From Octopus sinensis (Eukaryota): 64,000 nt of DNA. Below are positions 51,352-63,140 of the stretch, piece by piece. Where the stretch lies: contig NC_043007.1 in the NCBI RefSeq assembly GCF_006345805.1, positions 24,552,001 to 24,616,000 on the forward strand, read 5' to 3'. The translations under genes and the position numbers were made by a program. The notes beneath the pieces are model-generated. The model did no database searches and was not told where the DNA came from. It saw only the letters and a list, made by a program, of their open reading frames with translations. Position 1 is the stretch's first letter; each line of letters opens with the position of its first letter.

Positions 51352-51770
51352 ATTGATATTAGGTAATATAAGCAGCATTTTGAGACAGAAAAGTAATAAC
51401 AGCCCTACTGGCAGCCCCTATACCTCTTTGCCAGTCAGTCATATTAGTTATACTTTGGAATACCTCCCTTTTCTCATCATGAATCTGGTATATTAAATAT
51501 ATTTTTTATTTGCTATTTAACTGTAATGTTCAGACACCAGAAATATTGTTTCACACACAATTTGTCAGCTGCTTAGCACAAACAGGAGGACAGATTTATT
51601 TTCTACTAATGTTCAATAAAGTGAAGTACCATTCCTTGATTCAATCGTTTCAATAAGAAACGGTGATTATAGATATACATCGAACATCACTTTTATTAAA
51701 GCCATAATAACTAATATATCAAGAGCTGTGTGTGTAAGTATGTGTATATAGCTCAGTGGTTAGAGCATTG

Positions 51771-52000
51771 GGCGGCGAGCTGGCAGAAACGTTAGCACGC
51801 CGGGCGAAATGCTGAGCGGTATTTCGTCTGTCGTTACGTTCTGAGTTCAAATTCCGCCGAGGTCGACTTTGCCTTTCATCCTTTTGGGGTCGATAAATTA
51901 AGTACCAGTTACGCACTGGGGTCGATGTAATCGACTTAATCCGTTTGTCTGTCCTTGTTTGTCCCCTCTATGTTTAGCTCCTTGTGGGTAATAAAGAAAC
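51771..52000 (+). mobile_element. Family C SINE nested in a family E SINE (51745-52225)
   Basis: E head 'gctcagtggttagagcattg' is directly upstream; the E body resumes after 52000. Confidence 0.88.
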
Positions 52001-52317
52001 AGATAGTTCAATCAGCTGTAGAAATGAGTTGTGACATCACTGGTGCCAAGCTGAATTGGCCTTTGCTTTACCCTTGGATAACATTGGTGATACGGAGAGG
52101 GGGAGGCTGGTATGCATGGGTGACTGCTGGTCTTCCATAAAAAAAATAACCTTGCTCAGACTTGTGCTTTGGAGGGTAACTTTCTAGGTGCAATCTCATG
52201 GTCATTCCTGACCAAAGGGGGTCTTTACCCTTTATACACACCCACATATAACTGATACCCTTTTAGCTTAGACATAGTTTCCCTCTATACTGCCATACAC
52301 ATTCCCTCCATCCGAAC

Positions 52318-53045
52318 ATGCCTTGGTTTTTCTCAGACAGGAAAGATTTCTGCCAGGATCAGATGGTGAACACACAGAACAACTGTTGGCTTGCTGTGTC
52401 CCCAAAACATGAACCGAGAGTGATAAAAATCAAACATCCAGCCAACATCATGGTGTTTGGAGTGATCACTAGAGATGGTGACGTTATGCCTCCATTCATC
52501 TTCCCACACGGCCTCAGACTCAACACAGACACCTACATCATGTGTTTGGAGGAGGTAGAGCTGCCCTGGGTCAAGAGGGTGGCTGCTGAAAGACCCTATG
52601 TCTGGTAACAGGACTCTGCACCATGCCACACAAGCAGGAGAACCCAGTCATGTCTGTCAGACAATCTCTGTGACCACATCACTCCTAACATCTGGCCACC
52701 TAACTCTTCTCACTGAAACCCCCTTGATTATTATGTGTTGATGTGTTGGGCACAGTTGAGTGAGAGACAAACAAAACTCCTTGTAACACCAAAGATGAAC
52801 TGAATGCAAGGATTATGGCAGCATTCACCAACTTAAACAAGGTGACCGTCCAGAAGAGTTGCAGGTGATTCTAAAGTAGTATGGGGGCCGTGGTCGAAGC
52901 CAATGGTGATTTTATTGAATAAATTTACTCTTTAGTATTTCAACATATTTTTATGTAATTTTGGTAAATATATCTGTTAAAATGACATGTCAGTGTTATT
53001 TTCATTTTTGCATAATTTACATGACAATGTATTCACCGCACCCTG
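52318..53045 (+). pseudogene. maT-type (DD37D) Tc1/mariner transposase remnant with right end
   Basis: WFFSD...W*QDSAPCH...WPPNSSH*NPLDYY with 37 residues between the last two Asp; ends 'ttcaccgcaccctg'. Confidence 0.9.
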
Positions 53046-53051
53046 TCTATG

Positions 53052-53082
<31 letters not shown>

Positions 53083-54379
53083 GTATATGTATGTTTGTAT
53101 GTATGTATATGCACACATAGCATCATCACCAACATTTTAACATCTACTTTTCTATGCTTGCATGGGTGAGATGAAACAGAATAAGGTTGATTTCTCTGTA
53201 ACTGAATACTATTCCTGTCATCAACCTTTACTTGTATATACACACATATAGATAAGCATGTATGTACATGTGCATATATATATATATCTATATATATATA
53301 TATATATATATATACATACATATACATATATGTATGTATATGTATACATATATACACACATATATAAATTTATATAGATGTGTATATATATATATAATAA
53401 CAAAGGGTAAAATTAATTAATTAAGAAGTAATCAATAATTTCACCAAGTAGAATTCGGCATGAAAAAAGGACCATTTCACGGTAAACTTAAGTAATACTT
53501 AATAATTAGGGTTCAGCAAAGATTTGCTTTACCACATACCGAAGTTTAGAAATAGCAGCCAATATTTATATATGTGTGTGTGTGCATGTGTTGTATTCTA
53601 GGAGTGTCATTTGCCAATAAGGAAACACTGGTGTTTCCTTATTGACAAATGACCCTCCTACACAAAGATACATCTGTTTGAACAGGATTTCTCATCAAAA
53701 AAATTTTTCTAAAACAAATACAAAAAAAAACATTACTCACCCCCACCACACACAGCCTTTAATCATTATTTGTATCAGTAAACATGAGTTGTTCTTTTGT
53801 CTGAAGGTAGTTCTTTTTTCTTTTGTTGTCTTTTCTTGTTCTGTTGCTCATTGATCTTTCTCTCTCTCTCTCTCTCTCTTTTTCCAATGAATCATCCATT
53901 TATATTCATTATTTATTATTTGAGTATCACTGTTAATTATTAATAACATCAATATGCTTCCCCATCCTTTTCTTTCCCCACTTGTGTTACACTACGATTA
54001 TCCATCCATCCATCTATCTATCCACCTTCTTTCTCTCTCCTCATGAATTAAAAATTTCTCTAGCTAAACTCACTAAAAGATAAATACATTCTTAAAGAAA
54101 TTCGCTTTATCTCTCAGAAATCCTCTTTCTCTGTATTTTAAAAGATAAACGCATCTGCTCTTCTGCTAGTTGGTCAGTGTCTCATTGTTACTTCAGATAA
54201 TTTGGTTTTATTTTATTTTATTTCAGGCAAGCTACACATTATTTTACTCATTGATCTTTTTCCAACAAATCATCTGTTTGTATTTATTATTGTATATTTG
54301 AGTATCGTAGTTAATTATTAATATGGTTAGGTTATCTATCCTGTTTTTCTCTGACTTGCTACGCTAAAATATATAATGT

Positions 54380-54682
54380 CTTTCATCTATCTACCTACAT
54401 CTTTTTCGCTATCTGTCTTTCTATCTCTCCATCTATCTACCTACCTATGTGCCTATCTATCTACCTACCTGTCTGTCTATCCATCCAACCATCCGTCTAT
54501 CTATCTATCTATCTACCTACATATCTATCTATGTCTGACTGTCTACCTACCTGCCTATTTGTCTATCTATCTACCTACCTACTCGTCTGTGTCCATCTGT
54601 CCACCTGCCTCCTGTCTATCTATCTACCTACCAACCTGTCTATCTATCTGACTATCTATCTATCAACCAACCTGTCTATCCA

Positions 54683-54733
<51 letters not shown>

Positions 54734-54795
54734 GCCCACCTACCTACCTATCTCTCTCTCTGTCTGTCTGTTCATCAATACATCTATCTATCTTT
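54380..54795. repeat. Degenerate (TATC/TACC/TGTC)n tetranucleotide tract
   Basis: Direct inspection. Confidence 0.9.
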
Positions 54796-55007
54796 CTTAT
54801 TTCACCCTCCATATGAATTAGAATATTTTTTTTTGTATCTAGACTTAAAGTTGTTGTAAAGAAATTCTCTTCTTTATTACTCAGATAATCCATTTCTCTT
54901 TCAGAAATCCATGTTATGGGAACGGTGCTTTCATAAAATACATGTGTTATAATTTCTTGACCTGGTTACTAAACACAAAGTAGTTCTGAATAAAAATCTC
55001 ATGCATG

Positions 55008-55385
55008 GCTGTGTGGTCAAGAAAGTTACTTGGCAGCCATGTGGTTTCAGGTTCAGTCCCACTATGGAGCACCTTGGGTAGTGTTTTCTGCTATAGCTTC
55101 AGTTGACCAATGCCTTGTGAATGAATTTGGTAGGTAGAAACTGAGTGGAAACCCATCACATGTGTGTGTGTGTGTACATGTGTGCTTGTCAACCAGTACT
55201 CCTTGACAACCGGTGTTGGTTTGTTTACATCTTCATAACTTGGGTGGTTTGGTAAAAGAGATCGATAGAAGGAATACCAAACTTGAAAAAATAGGTACTG
55301 AGGTTGATTCGTTTGACGAAAACCCTTCAAGGCAGTGCTCCAGCATGACCACAATGCAATGGCTGAAACAAGTAAAAAATAAAAG
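55008..55385 (+). mobile_element. Diverged family B SINE
   Basis: Head, core and tail motifs present. Confidence 0.8.
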
Positions 55386-55439
55386 ACCTCTCAAAAATAC
55401 ACAGCCGCTGCTGCTGCTGCCACCACCACCACCACCACC

Positions 55440-55672
55440 TATTTCTTTATTACCCACAAGGGGCTAAACACAGAGGGGACAAACAAGGACAGACAAATGG
55501 ATTAAGTCGATTATATCGACCCCAGTGTGTAACTGGTACTTATTTAATTGACCCCGAAAGGATGAAAGGCAAAGTCGACCTCGGCGGAATTTGAACTCAG
55601 AATGTAACGGCAGACGAAATACCGCGAAGCATTTCACTCGGTGCACTAATGTTTCTGCCAGCTCACCACCAC
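55440..55672 (-). mobile_element. Family C SINE (long-tail form)
   Basis: Reverse complement of 51771-52000. Confidence 0.9.
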
Positions 55673-55968
55673 CACCACTTCAGTTTAAGAGAGACCCCAG
55701 GTCCAGCAATCTTTAAGGATCCTTCCTTGCTTTGCTATGCAAACCTGGCATCATCCGTTCTAGCTGCTCTACAATCCGCTGTTTAATTTCATATGGAGTT
55801 CTTGAAACACGTACAGCAATATTGCCGGATCCATGCCCTGTAATAACAGCTCTGATGAGAGCTCCAACAATAACAACTTCAGGCCCAGAACCGACGGAAG
55901 ATACACCAGAGGTAAGGACACAACCAGCACTCAAGCTTGAAGATACATTGGGTTAGCCAGAACTGCCT

Positions 55969-56198
55969 TTAACCCTTTTGTTACCAACCCGGCTGAAACC
56001 GGCTCTGGCTCTGTAGTACAAATGTCTTGTTTTCATAAGTTTTGAATTAAAATCTTCCACCAAACCTTAGTCACAATTTATGTTCCTAACACTAGCTGAA
56101 TGATAACTAAGTTATTTTACTAAATTCTTTGTTATATTTAAAATTAATTGAAAGAAACACAGAGCATCTCAAAATAAATACAGTAACGAAAGGGTTAA
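55969..56198. mobile_element. piggyBac-type MITE with TTAA TSD
   Basis: TTAA-cccttttgttac ... gtaacgaaaggg-TTAA. Confidence 0.9.
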
Positions 56199-56924
56199 GC
56201 AGCATCTGTACAATCACAGGTCTTCTTTTAGGGTCCTGAAAAGACATCACATCACATCCCTAGTCAGTCACATGCGACACCTTGCAAAAACTTAAATACT
56301 GGGATCATTTCATTTAATTAAAACTCTTGAAGGCTGCAGTCCAATGACTGAAACAAGTAAAAGATAAAAGATATACATACACGTATATATGGGTACATGA
56401 CATCAAAAAACGTCGAACACAATGAAAAACGAAAACATAAAAACAAAAACATAGAAACAAACTTTTTTTTCAAACAAAGAAAAAAACAGAGAAACAAGAC
56501 ATACAATACAAGGAATATTCCCCTTCTTCAGTTGTCCCTGTTTCATCTACTCCGGGTTTCGAAGGTAAGGACAAGACGTGACTTCATTGAAACAGTCCTT
56601 CCTGCAAAGCAAATTAAGTAAATTTTGGGATTTTTGCAGAGGGTTAAAGTGGTAACAAGAACAGGACAGTGAGAACAAGACAGTAAAAACAGTAAAAGGC
56701 AGAACAATGAGAACAAAACAGTAAAAACAAACAATGAGGGCTGTTAAGCGAAGACGATGGAATAATTATTCTGAACGCTTAAGGAGACAGCGTATGAAAG
56801 AGACAGGATAAGCAGATCTGGTCTTTGTGAAGATAGTAGTTGGAAAGATGGCTTCCCTCTCTATCTCTGTCTGTCTGTCTGTCTCTCTCTCTATATATAT
56901 ATGTATATATAATATACATATATA

Positions 56925-57087
56925 TCATCATCATCATCATCGTTTAGCATCCGCTTTCCATGCTAGCATGGGTTGGACGGTTCAACTGGGGTCTGGGAAG
57001 CCAGAAGGCTGCACCAAGCCCAGTTTGATCTGGCAATGTTTCTACGGCTGGATGCCCTTCCTAACGCCAACCACTCCATGAGTGTAG
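56925..57087 (-). mobile_element. Family D 3' fragment
   Basis: Near-identical to 596-770. Confidence 0.85.
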
Positions 57088-57126
<39 letters not shown>

Positions 57127-57345
57127 GTGTATATATATATATATATATATCAGAAATATCAAATTTCTAAATATCTCATAGAGATATGTACAGTGGTGGG
57201 GCGATAGAGTGGTTGTATACTGTCAACTTAACGTGACAGTAGGGGATTACACCACCGCTGTTTAGCCCTAGGAAGCATCAACGCTTCCTGTCGGCTTCGA
57301 CACATTTCCTGTATACAGGTTGTATACATTTCCTGTATACAACCG

Positions 57346-57404
<59 letters not shown>

Positions 57405-57439
57405 ATATATATATGTGTATATATATCATCATCATTAAA

Positions 57440-57708
57440 TCATCATCATTATTTAATGTCCGCTTTCCATGCTAGCATGGGTTGGACGGTTCAACTGGTG
57501 TCTGGGGAGCCCGAAGGCTGCACCAGGCCAGTCAGATCTGGCAGTGTTTCTACAGCTGGATGCCCTTCCTAACGCCAACCACTCCGAGAGTGTAGTGGGT
57601 GATTTTATGTGCCACCGACACAGGTGCCAGACGAGGCTGGCGAACGGCCACGCTTGGATGGTGTTTTTATGTGCCACCGACACAGGTGCCAGACAAGGCT
57701 GGCAGACG
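57440..57708 (-). mobile_element. Family D element
   Basis: Reverse complement of 40200-40495. Confidence 0.85.
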
Positions 57709-57733
57709 ATATATATATATATATATGTATATA

Positions 57734-57865
57734 TTTCTGTCGCTTAATTCTCTAACCCATCTTTCCCAACTTCCACTCATAGAAAATTATGCACACGACC
57801 GCAAACCTTTCCATCTCAAATCTTGCCTTTCTTACTTTCGTCTAAATCTCGTCTTCTCCCAGTGC
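57734..57865. repeat. 132-bp direct repeat, second copy at 63639-63770
   Basis: I count 4 mismatches between the copies. Confidence 0.9.
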
Positions 57866-58061
57866 CCGGTGTCGTTTTTGCCCCTCTGTTATCACCATGT
57901 CTCTCTCCCTCCTCTCTCTCTCTCTCTCTCTCTTTCTCTGCGGTGTCGTTTTCTCCCTCTGTTATCGCTGTCTCTCTCTCTCTCTCTCTCCCTCTCTCTC
58001 TATATATTTCACTTTCACTCGCTGCCACAGGCTTCTACCCACACATCCGCTCCCCCTCCCC

Positions 58062-58068
58062 TATAAAA
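58062..58068 (+). promoter_or_regulatory. Candidate TATA box (TATAAAA), 30 bp upstream of the LINE TSD
   Basis: 'cccctataaaaccc' in a C-rich context; motif match only. Confidence 0.35.
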
Positions 58069-58567
58069 CCCTACGCACGAGGCTTGACCGCCCTTATTAT
58101 TGCTTTCTTTTTTCATCTGCGTTGTGAGAAATTTGCTGCCTTTGTTGAGAGAGTTCGAATTTTTGCTTATTGTTGATTGTGTTAATTGTTATTTGAACAG
58201 TGCCCGTTGTGTAACGGTAATTTTCGCCCTACGGGGCAGAAAATTCTGTATTTAAAATTGTTATTACCTTCGAGGTAATTTTTGAAACATTTTTGTGAAA
58301 TGGATTTCGACTTAGCGTCGAAGAATGATTTTCCCGCGATGGGACAAGTGAATTAAAGGACACGGAGTAACGAAACAGTCTTTTTCGGCTGCGGTAGGCG
58401 GAACCATGATGGACGTTGAATTCAAGATCGAACAACTGTTCGAGTTTAGGAACTTGGTGAAAATGGAAGGAAACGAGATCAGACTTGTGCCGCTGCAAGT
58501 GAAGGTACAAGAAATAAGGAAAAAACAGTGATATACAAAGTGTATAGCTACAAAAGAAAAGAAAATT

Positions 58568-59731
58568 ATGGACGTCAGGAATGAAATTGTCGAAAAGTGC
58601 TTGTCCCCGGTGTGGGACAAAATTCGCCATGTCGTTCGAGGTGCTCGAAGCGCTACTGTTGAAGCGCATTTCGACTCAGCTGAGGTAGCAAGAGAGGTGT
58701 CGTCATTGACCCTGAAAAATGATGATATCATGCTGCTACCCTCGTATATGGGAAAACGAACAGCGAAACTGCTGGTAGAGGACATACCGAGAGGGTATGA
58801 TATTATGTGGGTAGCAGCGGCGGTCCTGCACAATGTTGAGCGGGAGATTTCGATTCTGCAGATGAGAAGGAAAGAGGAGGTACGCTGGAAGGGACAGACG
58901 CTGGAACTCCTCGTTCAAGCGGAGAACAAGATATTGGAGAACCTGCCCGATAGAATATTTAACGAAGATGGAACGTCCATGAGAGTGTCGGTGGAGGGAC
59001 GCAGACCCAGATGTTTTAAATGTGGCGAGAAGGGGCACGTCCGCTCGAACTGCTTAAAAAAAAAGAAAACCAATGAAGCCCCTCCTCAAAGTGCTTCTAA
59101 CACTGAAGGGGAGAAGGGGGAAAAAGAAAACAAGACGACGACAAGAAAAGAAACAGAAACGGATTGTACCGAACCAATGGATTTTACACAGGTGTCACAC
59201 AAAAGAAAAAAAGTCAACACCCTGGACTCCCCTCCCCAAACAAGGAAAAAATCAGCAAGCACCGCAGACACACACATAAAGCAAATTCCCCAGCCCTACC
59301 CCCATGGCACTGTTTTCATTGGGAAACAGTTTGCCAAGCCCCTCCACATAAAACAAGATGTGAAAAAGTCTTTAAAAAAAAATGATAAGATCATTGCTTT
59401 TGATGAAAAAAACGAAAGGGTATATAAATACTATAAATTTTCAAAATTCCAACTATTTAGCAAGGCCACAGACATAAAAGCAACCACTCGCTTCGCAAAA
59501 GTGGGGGAAGACGGGTGGAAGGAGGAAGTACTGCAGGAACATCTAAAGAACAGACTAATTAGAGATGTGACAAAAGAAGTACTGGAGGGTAAACTTGTGA
59601 TAACCCCGGCAACCACACCTACCCAGAGCCCGGTGGCAACGCCGGTCAAGAGCCCTGCAGCTACGACCACAAGGGAGGAAGAAGGGGAAGCGGGCAGATT
59701 TAAACTGTCATGCTCCCTTTCTCAACCGTGA
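58568..59731 (+). CDS. Tx1-clade ORF1 (gag-like, zinc knuckle); the true start is probably ~58409 across a frameshift
   Basis: RCFKCGEKGHVRSNC (CX2CX4HX4C) followed by a K/T-rich low-complexity region. Confidence 0.85.
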   Translation: MDVRNEIVEKCLSPVWDKIRHVVRGARSATVEAHFDSAEVAREVSSLTLKNDDIMLLPSYMGKRTAKLLVEDIPRGYDIMWVAAAVLHNVEREISILQMRRKEEVRWKGQTLELLVQAENKILENLPDRIFNEDGTSMRVSVEGRRPRCFKCGEKGHVRSNCLKKKKTNEAPPQSASNTEGEKGEKENKTTTRKETETDCTEPMDFTQVSHKRKKVNTLDSPPQTRKKSASTADTHIKQIPQPYPHGTVFIGKQFAKPLHIKQDVKKSLKKNDKIIAFDEKNERVYKYYKFSKFQLFSKATDIKATTRFAKVGEDGWKEEVLQEHLKNRLIRDVTKEVLEGKLVITPATTPTQSPVATPVKSPAATTTREEEGEAGRFKLSCSLSQP

Positions 59732-59758
59732 GTTCATTTATTTCTTCTCTCACCGACA

Positions 59759-62700
59759 ATGGCTAAGCTGGGTTGTGTGAATGTACGTGGAATGGGGTCG
59801 AAACGGAAACAAATTTGCTTCCTGAACGACCTCACGACACATGGAGTAGACACAGCTATTGCAACCGAGTCCAAGATGAACGGGGCCCAAGCGTTCTCGC
59901 CTCTTCTAAATGGGTTCGAGAAATTTATTTCTCCTAGCCGAGGAAGAGGCAGAGGCGTGGCAGTCCTTATCAGGAAGAGCTTGGACTGTAAGTACTGTCT
60001 TTCTGGACCCAGAAGGCAGGCTGGTTGTTCTGGATGTCACCCACGTAAGTAAACAGTCCTTCAGGTTGGTAGCTGTCTACGCTCCGGAAGAGAGTAGACA
60101 GACGGGTTTTTTTCGGAACCTGGAGCCCTTTTTAGCGACGTCGAAAACGGTAATCCTAGTAGGGGACTTTAACACTGTCCTTGAAGCGCGGGTCGACAGT
60201 GTTGGCTCAACCAATAGGAAGGGGAACCCTAGCCTCAAGGGTCTACTAGAGAGCTTTGATCTAGTGGACCGTTACCGACTGGATGAGCCGAGCGTTCCAC
60301 AGTGGACGTGGAGTAACAACGACGGCTCACGCAGATCGTATTTAGATAGGATATTTATTAAGAAAAGAGATAAGGATACGTTTAGTTGTCCACAGTTCCA
60401 CATTGTGCCTTACACGGATCACAAATTTGTGACGTGTAGGATGCAATTGGACAAGTGTCATAGACAGGGACCCGGGTACTGGAAGCTGAACAAGGCTATT
60501 TTGAATTGTGAAGACTTCCGTACCCGGATTAAGGTGTTAGTACAGAGGGCATTGTGTGGCACCATCATTAACAATAGATGGTGGCACTCCCTCAAAAGAG
60601 CCATTCGTTCAGAGTCCATTAGATTTAGCAATCAGCTAAGTTAGATAGGTCTAGGATAGAGGACGATTTAGTTAAGAATCTAAACGAGGCAATGGAAGCT
60701 GGCTCTGCATCCGGAGTGTTGGCGGCAAGGACGGTATTGTACCGTCACCTTAACTCCAAACACGAAGGTTGCAGAGTCAGAGCTAAGCTACGCGCTGGGA
60801 AACGAGAAGGTATTAACGTTGCCGGATGGGCCCGTCGAGTGGAGAGTCAGAGAGGTAACAAAGCCTCAATCAAATCTTTAACTGACGAACAGGGACAAAG
60901 ATCTATGGACAGGAGGAGATGCAAAAGTTTCTTCACCAGCATTTCGCCCGCGTGTTCGGGGGTGGTGTGGCGCCGGAGCGGGGGAGGACCTTAAAGGACT
61001 TCCTGGCCGGCGGACCGCGGCTCTCGGGGCGTGAGGTGGAGTGCTGTGAAGAAGAGCGATCACTCCCGCGGATAGAGGGGATGCTGGCCAGATGCGCCGG
61101 GGTTGGATGGTCTGCCCTACGAGTTTTACCAAAGTATGCCGGACTTGTTCGGGGGAATATTGGCAGGCGTCTACACGAACTGGCAGCAGAATGGGAGAAT
61201 TCCCAGCTCTGTAAGCCGGGGAGTGGTGACGCTAATCCAGAAAGACCCGAGCAAGGGGGATAACATTAGTAACTACAGGCCCATAACTCTACTTAATGTA
61301 GAGTTAAAGATTTTGGCCAAGGTGTTGGCAAAAAGGTTGACGGTTGTCGTGGAGAAACTTGTAGGGAGAGCACAGACATGTGCAATTCCAGGCAGTCGAT
61401 CCAGGACAATCTTCACCTTATACGCTACACCTTAGACAGGGTGGGTAAATTAACCGGCAAGGGCGGGGTAATGGTCCATTTAGACCAAAGTAAAGCGTTC
61501 GATAGGGTAGACCATGAGTACCTGGCGACGGTCCTCGAAGCGGCTGGACTGGGCCCTGAATTTCGCGGGTGGATCTCCGCTATGTTAGCGGCATCAAGTC
61601 CACCGTCCAGATAAACGGTTACCTAACGGAACCGTTTTCGATTGAATGTTCTCAGTTGTCGTCAAGGTTGCCCCTTGTCACCACTTTTGTACGTGTTGGC
61701 TCTTGAGCCATTGCTGCGAAAGTTGGAGAGGCTGGGAAGCAACTCGGATGAGATCGGAGGTGGGAGGGTTTGTACTGCTAGCGATGCGGATGACGTCACC
61801 CTCATCGTGTCCAATGAGGCCCAGCTACCTTGTGTGGGAAGAGGCTATCAAGGATACGAGGCGGTGGCAGGAGCAAAGGTTAACAAGGACAAGTCGGTTG
61901 TTGGCTTGCACTGGCACGAGCTGAGGAGGAGCAAGTCGATATCGTCCAGCGTCGTGGGACACTGGACGGATGGCCCTGTTAAGTTGCTAGGAGTCTGGTT
62001 TGGCCAGACTCCCAAACGGAGAGAGGAACTGGAGTGAGGTGACGAGCAAGGTGGAGGCCATAGTACGGACCTGGTCCGGAAGGTTTCTGTCCTTGAAAGG
62101 AAGGGCGGAGGTGGTACAGATGTTCATTGCATCTGTAATCACTTACCGCCTGACCGTTGTCCCTTGCCCCGATTCATGGCTTAGCAAGTTGGAGCGAATC
62201 CTTTTCCGCTTTTTGTGGAAGGGAGGAAAGCCACTTGTGAGGCGCTCCGTTTGCTGCAGGAACCGTTAAAGGGTGGGTTAGGAATGCCTTGCTTGATGAT
62301 GCGCGCAGACATGCGTTGAGGCTGAAGCATCTTTGGCACCACCTGGAGGTGATAAGGTGGGAGTCCGCTGGCAGGGGAATTTTTCCCGAGACCGGCCCTC
62401 CTAGCGAATTTTAAACCCGGTCGCATCAAAAGATGGAAACTGACTTTATGGCAAAAGAGTGCCGACAGGCACTCACGCTGATCCACAAGGCGGGCAAGGC
62501 CGGCTGCGGAAATACCACCTCGGTATTTTATAGAAGGCTGGTAGAGGCAAAGAACGACGACGTCCTAGGAGGGGCTCTGGGGTTTGACGAAGACCAGCTT
62601 ACCAACCTGTTTAAAAAGACTTTCAGGACGGGGTACTTGGATAATTTCCAAAGATCCCTGGCCTGGCAGTGCTATAGGAATGCTTTACCTGTTCGCGAGA

Positions 62701-63140
62701 AGTTATTGCGGCACGGAATTTCAGTGCCACCGACGTGTCCAAGGTGCGAGTTGGACGATGAAACCGTCCAGCACGCTTTGTACACTGTCGGAGTTGTCAG
62801 ACTTGATAAGTTACGCAGAACACGTGTGTTATCGCATCTGGGACAGTACAGCTGTCGGCTGAGTCTATGATTAAGATGATACCGCCAACTGGACTCTCGA
62901 AGGAAGGTGAGGCATGTTTTCACTGCACGGTTGCAGTAGTAAAAGAATGCATGTGGAGAACAAGAATGGAAGGAGTCCGCGATAGGACGTCGCTCGGGCC
63001 CCGGCTTGCTCACTTACTTCCAGATATCATCTGAGAGAGCAAAATGGGGCTGGAAAAGAGGATCTTACCACGGGGTGTGTATAAAAAGATGGAGGAAGTG
63101 GAAAAAAAGGTGGGTGTCAGAAACCCAGCTTAACTATGGA
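59759..63140 (+). pseudogene. Tx1-clade ORF2 (AP endonuclease, reverse transcriptase, C-terminal Zn motif), multiple frameshifts
   Basis: NVRG, LVAVYAP, LVGDFN, SYLDRIF, TDHK, YWKLN, GLPYEFY, YRPITLLNVELKILAKVL, LDQSKAFDRVDH, RQGCPLSPLLY, ADDVT, CPRC...ETVQH spread over several ORF pieces. Confidence 0.92.

Noticed and set aside
53455-53543. Hammerhead-like fold on the minus strand (agcaaa/uuugcu hairpin then GAA), homologous to ~28660-28810
   Set aside because: Core deviates too far (GUGGUAA/GUGGCGA; GAAC instead of GAAA)
56520-56600. Hammerhead-like words (CUGAAGA; GAAAC-ccgga-GUA) on the minus strand of the 56391/48593 repeat
   Set aside because: The motifs are in the wrong order, and the core upstream of GAAAC is not CUGANGA
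58229-58833. Minus-strand ORFs of 146 and 173 aa
   Set aside because: Antisense shadows of the LINE 5' region and ORF1
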